Shown: positions 8,951 through 19,631 of the stretch, in pieces
How positions within the stretch are numbered: position 1 is the stretch's first letter
How the letters are laid out: every line of letters begins with the position of its first letter
From: a virus
Taxonomy: Duplodnaviria > Heunggongvirae > Uroviricota > Caudoviricetes
Reading direction: 5' to 3' (one strand)
Length of the DNA stretch: 42,281 nucleotides
Virus record (IMG/VR): IMGVR_UViG_2778261538_000003
Made by a program: the position numbers and the translations under genes
Notes under the pieces: model-generated
Told to the model about the DNA's origin: nothing
The model's input: the letters and a program-made list of their open reading frames with translations, nothing else
Database searches by the model: none

Positions 8951-9253
8951 TTACTCCGTTGATACCAGTAAATGGCTGCGACCGCCCAGGTCAGTTTTTG
9001 TGGGGTAATCCTGTGTGTTGTCATCACAGACCACCACCAGCTTAAAACCAAGCCCCATACAGGCGTACTGCGCCAGCAGGTCAGCACCAGTGACGAGAGG
9101 AATACCGGAGATTACCGGCTCCCCTCTGTCGTTCTGCAGGTCCATAATCCAGTACAGATCGCGCCATATGATGCTAATCCGCCAGGTGACACCACCCAGG
9201 ACGATGCTGAACTGCTGGTTGTCCGCTGTCAGCGGAATTTCCTGAATTGTCAT
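8951..9253 (-). CDS. tail protein
   Basis: 100-aa ORF coupled to neighbours in the tail operon. Confidence 0.4.
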   Translation of the reverse strand: MTIQEIPLTADNQQFSIVLGGVTWRISIIWRDLYWIMDLQNDRGEPVISGIPLVTGADLLAQYACMGLGFKLVVVCDDNTQDYPTKTDLGGRSHLLVSTE

Positions 9254-9840
9254 TAGCCGCCCCCCAGTAATGACGCCACGTTACCCGTGATGCTTTTCAG
9301 CAGTGAAGTATCTGGAGGCTTTGTGGTTTTGTTGCCGCTGTTCTGTACCGCCGACGTGCTGGCCCCTTCCTTCATGTTGGTTTTATCCGCGACGGTAATC
9401 TGCTGTGTCCGGGAGATAATGACCTCCCTCAGGGTGAGGACGGCGGACAGGACGTTTTCGGTTGTCTTGTCCGTCGTCACTTCCAGCGCCCGGATCAACA
9501 TGTTGCTGTACAGCCGTTTACCGGTTACCACATCGAAGGGGATACGGCTTTCCTGCAGACCCAGTAGCTCCTGATACGTCTGCTGAGGACTCAGGCCGAG
9601 CAGGCTGGTAGCCGTCAGGTTACTGGCAAAATCCAGCAATGCGCCGCCACCGGCGAAACCAACCTCCATCACCACTTCTGACGGTTTTTTATAGGCATGA
9701 TCAGCGACAGCGGCCCCGACCTCTACCGGATGCTCTGTTATTTCAAGCATATCTGTATGCTTCTCTGAAATAACAACACTGGGAACAATCATTCCTATTT
9801 TTCTGCTCTGCTGATGAAAAAGTGTAGAGAGAATATCCAC
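9253..9840 (-). CDS. tail protein
   Basis: 195-aa ORF immediately downstream of the tape measure gene. Confidence 0.4.
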   Translation of the reverse strand: MDILSTLFHQQSRKIGMIVPSVVISEKHTDMLEITEHPVEVGAAVADHAYKKPSEVVMEVGFAGGGALLDFASNLTATSLLGLSPQQTYQELLGLQESRIPFDVVTGKRLYSNMLIRALEVTTDKTTENVLSAVLTLREVIISRTQQITVADKTNMKEGASTSAVQNSGNKTTKPPDTSLLKSITGNVASLLGGG

Positions 9841-11825
9841 TAACCCACCCTCACCTGATTACTTCGCATGACCTGAGCATTTGCAGACTGTTGCCGACGT
9901 GCAACCTCATTACCGACAGCGTGCGGATCTCCGCCACCGTAAATGTGGTAGGTATTTTGCTGGTTAACCTCTGTCACTTTGCCACTAATTCCCGCCACGG
10001 CAGCCTTATTAATCAGCTCTCGAGAATAGATATTTCTTCCATTCTCATGCTGGATAATGCTGCTCATCAATGCTGACATGGTTTGCGGATCGCTCATATT
10101 CAGGGCAGCCCGGGGATCCACTCCCAGTCGTTGCGATACAGCCCTGATATACGCTGTTGTGTTGTTATTATCAGACGCAGGTGCCCAGGTAGAGATAATT
10201 TTCTCCACACTGTTTATTCCCCGTCCGGCGTACAGCATTAACTGACGAGCAAGAGCCCGTAATCCATCAAAGGCAGTTTCAAATCTGGCAAATCGCCCGC
10301 CCGGGCGTTCAAGAGAAGCCCCTGCCTGACCAGCAAAATTAAGGTTTCCCGGATTGTTATTCCGTTCTCCTCGTTTCGTAGCCTGTGCATATTGTTCCGG
10401 CTCAGCACCTGGAATATCTGACTGAATATTTGCGCCTTTTACGGTATGAGGATTACGACCAAAATCGGTATCAATGCCAAGCCAGCGCAATGAATCTCCA
10501 ATATTTTGTTTCGTGTAATCCCAGGATGACTTCGCACTGGCACCAATATTTTCGCGATCAGAGTACAAATACGCAGCATAAGCCATCCAGCCTTTTAACC
10601 ACGGCGGGACCGGCAAACCTGATATTTTCCCGAAAGCCCCCAGAACCCTGGATACCCAGACACCCGCGATGAATGTACCAAGGATTTCCAGTGCATTTTG
10701 CCAGCCGCCAACACCATCTTTTAGTTCCAGAAGGTGATCACGAAGCCAGGTGATCGCATCCTTCGCTTTATCTATTGCCGGTTGCCATTTTTCCCAGTCG
10801 ATAAGACTGTTACCGCCTTCTTTCCATGTTTTGTAGTCTTCCCACAAGAGACCGAGAGCCACGATCAGACCGGTAATCAGCCCTATAGGTGACATCCAGA
10901 AAGTAGAGTTAAGTATCCGCATGGCGACAACCAGACCGCCGATAACCTCTATCAGGGTTTTCGTTTCGGCATCCAGTTTCCCCCACCACTCGATGATATC
11001 TCCGACACCATCGACTATCCGAAATGCTACCCGCCCGACTATCTCACCCAGCCAGAGGATCCCCTTTATGACCTTTGTGATGGTGACTTCAATTTTGGGA
11101 AAATTTTCAATTATCTTTTTGCGCAGGTTATCAATCTGCCCCGCCAGTCCGTCCGCAAGATTCGATCCGATTTTGTCCCGCGCCATCCTGGCCATTTCAC
11201 CGAGCGATTTCAGCGAGGTCATAAACCGGTTTGACGATAAGGCAGCCTGATCGGCATTAAATCCGATCGCTTTCACCATTTCTGAATACTGAGCGCTGAA
11301 CTGCCCCACTCCGCGACGCATAGCCATCAGGGTATTTTCGTCAATGCCCAGCATCTGCGCATACTGGTTAGCCCGGTAATACGGCATGCTGCTGAGTTTC
11401 TGTCCAACGCCCGTAAAGATAGCAGCCATGTCACGCATGTTACCGCTGGCATCACGGGTCTGTACGCCCAGGCGATTCAGAAAGCCTTCTGCTCCGGGAT
11501 TGTTACGAATAAACCGGGAGAGGCTTTCCAGAGAAGATCGCGCAGCGTCCACACTGCCGCCAACCTGCGAAACCGCATAGCCAATAGACTGAATTCCCTG
11601 GACCGTCGCGCCGGTGCGCTGTGACGCCCAGTAAAGATTATCCAGGCCGGAGGCGATCTTAGCCGTGAAGGCCACCACGGACAGCGCAGCCCCTTCAACA
11701 GCCAGCCCCATTTTGATGACATTTGCAGTTGTACCGGCGAGGACAGAACCGAACTTTTTCGCTCCTGCATCATCCACACGGAAGCCAAGCGAGACGAGGA
11801 AATCTTTAATAGTTTCAGCGTTCAT
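9840..11825 (-). CDS. tail tape measure protein
   Basis: About 660 aa, Ala/Gly-rich with predicted helical and TM-like segments; lies after the chaperone pair. ATG at 11825 with GGAG/AGGA upstream is preferred over the TTG at 11846. Confidence 0.7.
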   Translation of the reverse strand: MNAETIKDFLVSLGFRVDDAGAKKFGSVLAGTTANVIKMGLAVEGAALSVVAFTAKIASGLDNLYWASQRTGATVQGIQSIGYAVSQVGGSVDAARSSLESLSRFIRNNPGAEGFLNRLGVQTRDASGNMRDMAAIFTGVGQKLSSMPYYRANQYAQMLGIDENTLMAMRRGVGQFSAQYSEMVKAIGFNADQAALSSNRFMTSLKSLGEMARMARDKIGSNLADGLAGQIDNLRKKIIENFPKIEVTITKVIKGILWLGEIVGRVAFRIVDGVGDIIEWWGKLDAETKTLIEVIGGLVVAMRILNSTFWMSPIGLITGLIVALGLLWEDYKTWKEGGNSLIDWEKWQPAIDKAKDAITWLRDHLLELKDGVGGWQNALEILGTFIAGVWVSRVLGAFGKISGLPVPPWLKGWMAYAAYLYSDRENIGASAKSSWDYTKQNIGDSLRWLGIDTDFGRNPHTVKGANIQSDIPGAEPEQYAQATKRGERNNNPGNLNFAGQAGASLERPGGRFARFETAFDGLRALARQLMLYAGRGINSVEKIISTWAPASDNNNTTAYIRAVSQRLGVDPRAALNMSDPQTMSALMSSIIQHENGRNIYSRELINKAAVAGISGKVTEVNQQNTYHIYGGGDPHAVGNEVARRQQSANAQVMRSNQVRVG

Positions 11826-12057
11826 TATCCTCTCTCCATTTCTCAATGCGTCGCTGGTTATCCGCTTTTACCGCCAGATGGTCATTCAAGAGAGCAATGT
11901 CATACAAATCGACAGAGCCATCTTTAAGTGCTGTATAAGGAATTAACCCGGCGTCAACCGGATTGAGAAGGTAGGACAGCCCGTCCGGCAGGCTGTTAAA
12001 CGTCAGCCCTGTTGCAGGCTCTGCGTCGTGCTGGTAAGGGGTGTAGGCAAAAAATTT
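11815..12057 (-). CDS. -1 frameshift extension of the tail assembly chaperone (GT-like product)
   Basis: Slippery heptamer A_AAT_TTT at 12051-12057 in the zero frame; the -1 frame then stays open for about 80 codons to a TGA at 11815 that overlaps the tape measure start. Confidence 0.5.
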   Translation of the reverse strand, partial: KFFAYTPYQHDAEPATGLTFNSLPDGLSYLLNPVDAGLIPYTALKDGSVDLYDIALLNDHLAVKADNQRRIEKWREDNER

Positions 12058-12455
12058 CCCAGCGAATCGGCGACCACCCGCGCCACCAGCTGCAGCATGA
12101 CCAGCAAGTCAATATCATCAAACATCAGTTCGCCCTGGGTAAATACCGGCACCCATCCGTCCATATGACGCCGCGATACCACCGCAAGACAGGGATGAAT
12201 AATCGCATCGGTGTCATCTTCGGTCAGGGAAGACAGTTCCTCAGCGATACGCGGGAGCATGGTTTCAAACACCGGTTTTAACTGTTCGAATTTCACGGTG
12301 TCGATTTTGCCGTCAGCAGGCAAACGGGAGCGAATACTCCCGAAATCTGACATCATTCCTGCCAACACCGGCAGAAGTTTGCGGGTCACTTTCAGTTGGT
12401 CAAAAACGCTGAGTTTTGCCGTGCGATATTTCACGCCTTTAATTTCGAATTCCAT
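12003..12455 (-). CDS. tail assembly chaperone (G-like)
   Basis: 150 aa, acidic; located between tail tube and tape measure genes. Confidence 0.6.
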   Translation of the reverse strand: MEFEIKGVKYRTAKLSVFDQLKVTRKLLPVLAGMMSDFGSIRSRLPADGKIDTVKFEQLKPVFETMLPRIAEELSSLTEDDTDAIIHPCLAVVSRRHMDGWVPVFTQGELMFDDIDLLVMLQLVARVVADSLGNFLPTPLTSTTQSLQQG

Positions 12456-12458
12456 GCA

Positions 12459-12899
12459 TTAAAACTCCCCGAGAACCTGGTCAATCTTGCCGCAGTCAAA
12501 CACCCACGGCATCGTATTACCGGTTTTAGCGTTGGCGTTATCCGGTTGTTTCTGGAACGCAACACTGCGTGCCGTGATGATGTCGCCGCTGACCTTGTTG
12601 CGGATAACGATAACGTTATTCCCCCATGTGGCAGAAGACTGGCTCTGTGCGTTATACGCCAGCGACAATTTTTTATTTGTCGGTGATGTCTTCAGAAGGT
12701 TAACGGTAATCGTCCCGCTTTTATCTGCATGGAGGCTGTGCATCACTTCACCATCAGCACCGATGGTCATGGTGTTTTTAGGACCGCCCATCGCAACCAC
12801 AATCCCCTCTTCAGAACTTGCCGAACCGTACCCGAGGTCAATCGAACCGGTCGGCCCGGTCAGCGTCGCAGTGACATCCATAAAAGAATAGGTAGACAT
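12459..12899 (-). CDS. tail tube protein
   Basis: 146 aa directly downstream of the sheath gene. Confidence 0.6.
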   Translation of the reverse strand: MSTYSFMDVTATLTGPTGSIDLGYGSASSEEGIVVAMGGPKNTMTIGADGEVMHSLHADKSGTITVNLLKTSPTNKKLSLAYNAQSQSSATWGNNVIVIRNKVSGDIITARSVAFQKQPDNANAKTGNTMPWVFDCGKIDQVLGEF

Positions 12900-12909
12900 T
12901 CACTTCCCC

Positions 12910-14055
12910 TTAGCGAACAACGTTAATCTGTACGTCAGCGTAATGAACCGCGCCTGCAAGTTTTATTGCAGCCTGAATCACCGGAGCCTTACGGGCTTCA
13001 CGTTCTGATTGTGCCTGTTCATCCAGCGGCTGGGCGTATACGTAATAACCTTTGGGCAGCGTGTCACCTGATGACAACTGGCCAAGGTCGCCACCGTTCC
13101 ATACGCCCGGAGCAATCAGTCCATTCTGAACGGCCTGATCCAGTGATTTTTCAACATTTGATAACAGTCGGGTAATACCGGCTTCAGTCTGGGGAACCTT
13201 CGTGGTGCTGGTATAAAGCAGGTTATAGAGGTTGGTCTGCACATAATTCTGTAACCAGTCCAGGCCGTGGCGTTCATCAAAGAAATCGCCGTTAGCCATC
13301 ACTCCCTGCTGGAGGATAGCTGTATCATTCTGGTAGTACACGAACACATTGCAGTTTTTTGCATCAAGTGCCGATGCCTGGCTGACTGTCAGTGTTTCAT
13401 ACCCGACACCCGGCTCCTGCTTAAACTTGAGCGTAATCGCGGTATTACTGCCATTGAAATTAACCGTGAATGCCCGGCCAAATGCAGATAACGCAGCGAA
13501 TTTATTACCCGATGAATATTGTATAAAACTGCGTGAATATCCGGCGCTTTTCAGTTTTGATGCCAAATCATCTCTGGATGCAGTCTGCAGGCATTTCTCA
13601 TCGCTTGTCGTAATCGCCAGAATACGGCTTACAGAAGAGGATTCGATCGCCGCAGCCACTTTCAGCCAGTCTGCATCCGGAATATCTGCATCGTCTGCAA
13701 TCCCCAGCCCATACCATGAAGTATAATCAAGCATGGCATTCACAGCCTGCTCCAGCGTCTCAGGCGTGGCCTGTTCGCTGTCTCCCTTCGTTTTCACCCA
13801 ACGACCAACAAAAACCTCCTGAGGTTTCGGTGATTGTGAGAAAAACACCTGCGCAGCTTTATATTCTGGTGATTCCACGCCAAAATCTTTTCCAATATCT
13901 TCCGCGGCAGAATAACGGCGAATGCGCTCACTTACCGGAATGATTGTGGACGGGCCGAGAATGAGTAATGCACCAAAATTTCGCCCTGATGCTGCACGCG
14001 GCGACATGATCACATCAACATTAACAACGTTTGATACAGGCAAGCCCTGTGCCAT
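12910..14055 (-). CDS. tail sheath protein
   Basis: 381 aa; size and position before the tube gene typical of contractile tails. Confidence 0.65.
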   Translation of the reverse strand: MAQGLPVSNVVNVDVIMSPRAASGRNFGALLILGPSTIIPVSERIRRYSAAEDIGKDFGVESPEYKAAQVFFSQSPKPQEVFVGRWVKTKGDSEQATPETLEQAVNAMLDYTSWYGLGIADDADIPDADWLKVAAAIESSSVSRILAITTSDEKCLQTASRDDLASKLKSAGYSRSFIQYSSGNKFAALSAFGRAFTVNFNGSNTAITLKFKQEPGVGYETLTVSQASALDAKNCNVFVYYQNDTAILQQGVMANGDFFDERHGLDWLQNYVQTNLYNLLYTSTTKVPQTEAGITRLLSNVEKSLDQAVQNGLIAPGVWNGGDLGQLSSGDTLPKGYYVYAQPLDEQAQSEREARKAPVIQAAIKLAGAVHYADVQINVVR

Positions 14056-14058
14056 AGC

Positions 14059-14625
14059 TTAATCTCCGAAAAAGATGACTGGTGCTTCCACCAGCGATTT
14101 AATACCGTACTCGCGCACAACCTTCCGGCGCAGGCGCACCGTCATATCGTAGCGGCGGACCCATTGCTGATTAATAAGTTCAGGGAAGGGAGTCAGACCT
14201 GTGTAATCGCCAAGAGACAGCCCCAGCGCATTCAGTGCTGCATTGTTCTGCGGCACAGATATACCGTCACGAAACCGGGACGCATACACCATCCCCGCCG
14301 GTCCATAAAACGAAGCCATACACTCAATCGTTTCATGCCGCCAGAGCTGAGAGCCATCATCGGTCTGTCTGGTGAATGCCGGACTGTCATCACCTGACCA
14401 TCCGATAACCCCAAACGCACACCAGTTCGTTTCAACCGGTAGCAGTGGCGGCTGCTCTTTCTGCCAGCGCGGGCGAACCATCCCGGCAGACAGGCCGGAA
14501 ACGTTACGCATCCACTGGCTTAACAGCCTGTCGAGCGCTTCGTCATAATCCGGATCGCCACTGGTTGGTATTAACCATCCGCGCTCTGTACTGGTGTTAT
14601 TGCTCAACCGGAGTTCCCCCATCAA
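14059..14625 (-). CDS. neck/tail completion protein
   Basis: 188-aa ORF between head and tail modules; family not recognised. Confidence 0.4.
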   Translation of the reverse strand: MMGELRLSNNTSTERGWLIPTSGDPDYDEALDRLLSQWMRNVSGLSAGMVRPRWQKEQPPLLPVETNWCAFGVIGWSGDDSPAFTRQTDDGSQLWRHETIECMASFYGPAGMVYASRFRDGISVPQNNAALNALGLSLGDYTGLTPFPELINQQWVRRYDMTVRLRRKVVREYGIKSLVEAPVIFFGD

Positions 14626-14986
14626 ACGGCATCAACTCACAATGCGCCTGAACGAATCCGGCACCATACGCTGTATACGGGTCGACGAAAGTCACACGAT
14701 AATCACGGCCCTGATACGTCACGATATCGGCATCACGGCCAGTCTGTCCCTGTGTCAGTCGCTCAGTCGTCACAATCAGAATTGCACCACTGATTACCTG
14801 CCCGGCCTGCATACGACGGTTTTCCAGAGAGCGATCAACAGTTACGACTCCGGCAAACTGCTTTTTAACTTCACTGTCGCTGCCGATCCCGTCCTCATCC
14901 ACCGTTTGCACTCGGCGTGTTACCCATAAATTGAAGCCGCAAAAATCGGGGTCAAAAAGCACATCTGTTACATCAAGAGTCGGCAT
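14597..14986 (-). CDS. neck/tail completion protein
   Basis: 129-aa ORF in the head-tail joining block. Confidence 0.4.
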   Translation of the reverse strand: MPTLDVTDVLFDPDFCGFNLWVTRRVQTVDEDGIGSDSEVKKQFAGVVTVDRSLENRRMQAGQVISGAILIVTTERLTQGQTGRDADIVTYQGRDYRVTFVDPYTAYGAGFVQAHCELMPFDGGTPVEQ

Positions 14987-15527
14987 CTTTATCCCTCACT
15001 ACATGGGTAATAGCTCTGCGATATTGCCCGGTGTCAATTAATGGTTTCGCCAGATCGGTTCCGGGAGATTCGCCAGCAACACGCCGGGCAAGTTCCAGTG
15101 TTGCCCCCTTGCGCCCCCGACGAGCCCGGGCTTCAACAGTGCTGTCAGCAAGCGGCGTAAAGCCGGTAATAGTCATGTAACGCCTGACGCCATTAGCGGC
15201 CAGCGTTCCGGCACGGTTGAGTGCGCGTTCTGCTCCCGCAGCATTACCATCAAGAGCAGCCTGCGCCGCGGTTTTGAGCTGCGGCACCGTCTGCTCTTCT
15301 GCCGATTTAACGCCGGGGACCAGGTGAGGTCGTGGCGGGATGTTCTGCTCTGGTGAGCCGTATTCGTTGAGGTAACCGATGCCCGCATTACCAAACGGAA
15401 CATCATCCCGCCCGCTGTCTTCCGAAGGGATGCCGACCAGCACATCTTTTTTGGTTAACGACCTGAGCGCATCCAGAATGGCCTTAGCGTTATCCACCCT
15501 CGTTGTTACACCGCTTTTGAAACTCAT
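14973..15527 (-). CDS. head-tail joining protein
   Basis: 184-aa ORF with overlapping start/stop to neighbours. Confidence 0.4.
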   Translation of the reverse strand: MSFKSGVTTRVDNAKAILDALRSLTKKDVLVGIPSEDSGRDDVPFGNAGIGYLNEYGSPEQNIPPRPHLVPGVKSAEEQTVPQLKTAAQAALDGNAAGAERALNRAGTLAANGVRRYMTITGFTPLADSTVEARARRGRKGATLELARRVAGESPGTDLAKPLIDTGQYRRAITHVVRDKDADS

Positions 15528-15931
15528 AGCTGGCGACCGCCTGCACCGAACATCGTGATCAACTGATAAAATTCAGCGCCATATCGGGTGTTATTCCAGA
15601 AACCTGCATCAGGATTCAGCGTCGCGCTGGTGTCATAGCTGACGCTTACCTTGTCAACGGACTTTGAGGACTGAACACCATTGGTTGAACCGCCCGGCCC
15701 GCCAGCCAGCATCGCCCGGCTGTCTGCCGCCCAGAGCGTCATGTAGTGTGCAACGAACAATCCGGCAAAATACGGAAACAACTTTTTGCCGGTGACGTTT
15801 TCGCTCAGCAGTTCATCGGCCAGATTCAGACGAAACTGGATTTGCGCTTCGGGATATTTGGCAGGGTCAGCAAACTGCGGGAAGTCGCGGCGAAAATCAC
15901 TTACCGCTGGCAGATTTTGATTCTTTGGCAT
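15524..15931 (-). CDS. head-tail adaptor protein
   Basis: 135-aa ORF downstream of the capsid gene. Confidence 0.4.
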   Translation of the reverse strand: MPKNQNLPAVSDFRRDFPQFADPAKYPEAQIQFRLNLADELLSENVTGKKLFPYFAGLFVAHYMTLWAADSRAMLAGGPGGSTNGVQSSKSVDKVSVSYDTSATLNPDAGFWNNTRYGAEFYQLITMFGAGGRQL

Positions 15932-16118
15932 TTTTTACCTCGTTACGCGCGTCTGTGGCTTTGCCAACGGATACTTCCGCGTGCGCACGAGTGAACCAGT
16001 GCGTGGCAACGTCTTCCTCCACAGCATGACGGCCTTTAACAAACTCGCGCCGTGAACCGTCGGGAAGCGTGAGCACAAACGGGGTATGTACGTGTATTAC
16101 TGCATTATTTTTTGCCAT
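15897..16118 (-). CDS. small hypothetical structural protein
   Basis: 73-aa ORF between capsid and adaptor genes. Confidence 0.3.
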   Translation of the reverse strand: MAKNNAVIHVHTPFVLTLPDGSRREFVKGRHAVEEDVATHWFTRAHAEVSVGKATDARNEVKNAKESKSASGK

Positions 16119-16159
16119 CGGGTCATCCTTAATGGCCCCGCCAGGGGGCCATGTGGCTG

Positions 16160-17101
16160 TTAAATGCCATCAACGTACGAAATGGTTTCTTTGTACACTG
16201 GCTCAACCGCACCCAGCTTGCCGTAGTAAGTGACGATCTGATACAGACCGCGATACTGCACCGGCACGCTCTGAAGCGGAACCAGCGGGTAGCGAACGTA
16301 TTTTTTATCGTTGGTGTACGCAACCATGCGATCCTTTTTCCTCACACCACGGCCTTTCAGCCATTTAACCGCGCGGATATTCAGCGGAACACCGTTCTGG
16401 TGATAGCTGATGGTGTTGGTCTGAAGATACGTCAACAGGGACTGGTTACCCGCAGATGAAACGATGATGCTGGACAACAGAGCAAACTGCTCAGGCGGGA
16501 TCAGCAAATCACGCGGAACCACAGAGTAACCGGAAGCGGCCCACGCATCAGACAGCACCTGGTTAATGCTTGCGCGGATTTCGTCCGGTGTTGAGGTTGC
16601 CCACGTTTTGGCAGCGTTGTTGACAGGCACGCCGTCCAGGGTAACAAGGCCTTTCAGGTTTAATGCGGAATCGCCAACATATACCTGTTCATCGTTATCC
16701 ATCTGCCATTTCAGTTGCATACCGTCATACTTCTGCGTATCAATCGGGCGGCCGACCTTCTGAGCAGCCTGCAATTCTATGACCGTCCAGCCAAGTTCCA
16801 TCCCCCACAGGTTCAGCGGGTTACCGGATTTGCCGATATCCACGTTCACGCCAGCAATAGCGGTTGAGTCTTTGCCTACCCAGTTTTTGCCATTCGGATT
16901 TGCACCAGTACCCGCAGCGGCGAAGCTGGTATTCGTCCAGCTGGAAATGTCATCTGCGATAGAGACATCTTCACGCAACTGAATATCGCGGGTCCAGGTG
17001 TACCCCACCAGTGGCAGGTTCAGCGTCTGGTCGAGTCGCTCCAGCTCCCCGATGAGAAAGGCACCAGAGCTGTCAACGGTTGCCTGATCAAAAGTAATCA
17101 T
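16160..17101 (-). CDS. major capsid protein
   Basis: 313 aa; position after scaffold and decoration genes. Confidence 0.65.
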   Translation of the reverse strand: MITFDQATVDSSGAFLIGELERLDQTLNLPLVGYTWTRDIQLREDVSIADDISSWTNTSFAAAGTGANPNGKNWVGKDSTAIAGVNVDIGKSGNPLNLWGMELGWTVIELQAAQKVGRPIDTQKYDGMQLKWQMDNDEQVYVGDSALNLKGLVTLDGVPVNNAAKTWATSTPDEIRASINQVLSDAWAASGYSVVPRDLLIPPEQFALLSSIIVSSAGNQSLLTYLQTNTISYHQNGVPLNIRAVKWLKGRGVRKKDRMVAYTNDKKYVRYPLVPLQSVPVQYRGLYQIVTYYGKLGAVEPVYKETISYVDGI

Positions 17102-17112
17102 TCGTCTGTTCC

Positions 17113-17619
17113 TTAAATCTTCCAGGAAATTTCTGCATTGCCGTCAGCATCACCGGCACCTGTGAATTCAGCGTTGGTCAGCACCACATTTTTGCCACTG
17201 ACTGACGTGGACATGAATCCCCCCAGCGGCACTTTGATGGATTCATCAGTGGAGACGACAACGTATACCGGGTCGCCTTTTTTGATGGTGCTGGCATCAA
17301 AATCAGAACCGAGATTAACAGTCACGTAGCCACGCTTCATGGCGTCGCCCGGGAAGTTCTTGCCTGTTCCCACCTGGCGAACCATGTCCGGCTGCGACGT
17401 GGTCGGATAAGGGCGCACGTAGATCCCCTTTACCTTGTCTGCGGTATCACCATCTGCCAGCGGCACGAAAAAACCGTCATCATCGTATTTACCAGCCAGG
17501 CCATAGGCAGCGAAGGCGTTATCGGATTTAAGGACCACCGGTTCGACGGTTAAGTCCTGCGGGCGAGAGACAGCCCCGGCAATGCCAACAGGCATCCGGT
17601 ACAGAAATACATTATTCAT
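17113..17619 (-). CDS. head decoration/structural protein
   Basis: 168 aa between scaffold and capsid genes. Confidence 0.4.
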   Translation of the reverse strand: MNNVFLYRMPVGIAGAVSRPQDLTVEPVVLKSDNAFAAYGLAGKYDDDGFFVPLADGDTADKVKGIYVRPYPTTSQPDMVRQVGTGKNFPGDAMKRGYVTVNLGSDFDASTIKKGDPVYVVVSTDESIKVPLGGFMSTSVSGKNVVLTNAEFTGAGDADGNAEISWKI

Positions 17620-17622
17620 TTT

Positions 17623-18843
17623 TTACCCTTTACGGTTTGCCCAGAATTCAGCGTTTTGTTTGTTCAGGGAAGCGATACTGGTCATGCCCATGTTTAGGCG
17701 CTGTGCATCGCCGGTGGTGGCGCGGGTGTTTCGCCCTTTGGCAATCTCAGACACGGCATTAAACGCCATGTCGACCGATTGTTTCGGCAATTTGCGGATA
17801 TCCGCATCACCGACAATCTGGCGAACCAGCGTTTTATCTGCGGAAGCCAGAACCTCGCGTTTGAACTCGGTCGGTTTCATCTTACGGCTCAGATCGATAC
17901 CCGGAACGATAACTTCGGCACGCCAGGCTGAGTCACCAGTAATCGTGGTTTCCTCTTCATCGTCCTCGCCGTCACCGGTCGGATTATCGTCAGGCTTATT
18001 ATCGTTATCGCCCGTGGCATTTCCTTCCAGCTTAGCCAGCAGGGCTTTCAGTAATGTTTTGAGGTCATCATCACTGTCGCCGGTTGGACCTCCACCCATC
18101 TCTGGTGCTTTGTCCGGTAGTGGTTGCTGCGGGGACAGGTTGATGTTGAGATTAACGCCCTGCGGCAAATCCCCCTCATCTCCTGTAACCGATGCGGGAG
18201 CCGACTCCACCAGTTCGTTCATGGTGTCGGCATCTCCTGTCTTGATGGCTGCACGCATGCGGTTCCACCAGTTTTTCTTTTGATTTGCCATTGTGTCTCT
18301 GTCTCCAATTGCACAACGATTTCCGGCTCTGCCTTTGGGGACAAGAGCCACATGGTTTCCGGTAATATCGACCTGCCCGGCTTTACCTGGCTCGGTCTGC
18401 TCGTACTCCGCGTCATAGCCGCACGACACTTCTCGCAGGCCATCTTCGATAAGCTGAATGGCGTTTTCGTCTTTGACGATAAGGTCAGCCAGCATCAAAT
18501 CAGACTGCTCACCCGTCCCGCGCCGGACATTCTGGAGGTGCCCGACAGCAAGCTCTTTCCAGTTCTCGGGATTTACCAGCCGCACATTCCCGTTTTCATC
18601 TTCAGGATGCAGGATCGTGATGCTCATCCCTTCGAATGAGGCGAGCGTGGCCGGATGGAATACCTGCTCAGGAGAACGCGTGACGACTATTTCACCGAAC
18701 TTATCGGGTTTCAGTTTTGGCAGGTCATCAGCACCATAGAGCTGCTTACCTGTTCGTCCTATCGGCACGTCTTTGCACAGCAACGAGCCGTCAGCCAGCT
18801 GATAGCGGGTTTCCCCCAGCCGGGTATTGAAAAAATATTTCAT
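17623..18843 (-). CDS. head scaffold/maturation protein
   Basis: 406 aa with an acidic Gly/Asp-rich central region; located between MuF-like and capsid genes. Confidence 0.45.
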   Translation of the reverse strand: MKYFFNTRLGETRYQLADGSLLCKDVPIGRTGKQLYGADDLPKLKPDKFGEIVVTRSPEQVFHPATLASFEGMSITILHPEDENGNVRLVNPENWKELAVGHLQNVRRGTGEQSDLMLADLIVKDENAIQLIEDGLREVSCGYDAEYEQTEPGKAGQVDITGNHVALVPKGRAGNRCAIGDRDTMANQKKNWWNRMRAAIKTGDADTMNELVESAPASVTGDEGDLPQGVNLNINLSPQQPLPDKAPEMGGGPTGDSDDDLKTLLKALLAKLEGNATGDNDNKPDDNPTGDGEDDEEETTITGDSAWRAEVIVPGIDLSRKMKPTEFKREVLASADKTLVRQIVGDADIRKLPKQSVDMAFNAVSEIAKGRNTRATTGDAQRLNMGMTSIASLNKQNAEFWANRKG

Positions 18844-18857
18844 GTGTTACCTGCGAT

Positions 18858-19631
18858 TCAGGCGGGATAAGAATGGGAGGTGGGAAAAACGATTTCTTTA
18901 TAACAGCGGCAATTCGGGAGCTCGCCAGCGTGACCGGTCATGCCATCAAGCGTTGGAGGTTTGCCCCATTCGACAAATTTACCTTCCATTTCCCGATGAG
19001 AATGCCTGACGTCACCATCTTCGGCTGTACGCCAGATATAACCATTCGAACCAATTGCCAGCGCACGCGCCTGATCCAGCGCGCCGGTTGCACGTCCAAG
19101 TTCAGTACGGGCAATCAGGTCAGCTCTGGACTTTGCTATATCACCCGATGCGGCTATTTCTTTAGCAAAATGTTCCGCTCTCCCACCGGTCACAACAGCT
19201 TCAATCGCCCGATTCTGGATGTCGTACACCCTGTCAGCCGCCTCGAGGGGTAGCGATTTAATGTACTTAACCTGTTCAGCAACGATGGATTTCATCACCT
19301 GCCCTGGCGGGGCACTGTTTACCAGATTGCGTAGCTCACGGCTGATGGTTTTGCTGTGTTTACGCCACTGCTCATCATTCTTGCGCACAATATCGGCGGT
19401 AAAGTTTTCCGCGACCTTTGTCGCCCAGGGGGTGATGATTTCACTGTAGCGCTCCAGCGCCTCAATAATTTCCGTGATACTGTCATTTGAACCATCGTAG
19501 TGACCATTTACGATGTCCCCGACCGCCCGCGCTATCCTGCGTAGGCTGGTTCGATACCGGATTTCCGCCTGACGGTTCCTGCGGTTCGTCATCAGGTTCG
19601 CCGATGCCGGGCGGCGCTTCATCTTCGGCAT
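18858..19631 (-). CDS. head morphogenesis protein (Mu F-like / SPP1 gp7 family)
   Basis: C-terminal motif ...DGDVRHSHREMEGKF...GELPNCRCY typical of the MuF family; annotated start overlaps the portal gene, so the true start is probably further downstream. Confidence 0.75.
   Translation of the reverse strand: MPKMKRRPASANLMTNRRNRQAEIRYRTSLRRIARAVGDIVNGHYDGSNDSITEIIEALERYSEIITPWATKVAENFTADIVRKNDEQWRKHSKTISRELRNLVNSAPPGQVMKSIVAEQVKYIKSLPLEAADRVYDIQNRAIEAVVTGGRAEHFAKEIAASGDIAKSRADLIARTELGRATGALDQARALAIGSNGYIWRTAEDGDVRHSHREMEGKFVEWGKPPTLDGMTGHAGELPNCRCYKEIVFPTSHSYPA

Noticed and set aside
11826-11846. TTG start at 11846 for the tape measure gene as in the ORF track
   Set aside because: An in-frame ATG at 11825 has a GGAG/AGGA Shine-Dalgarno upstream and coincides with the end of the frameshifted chaperone product.
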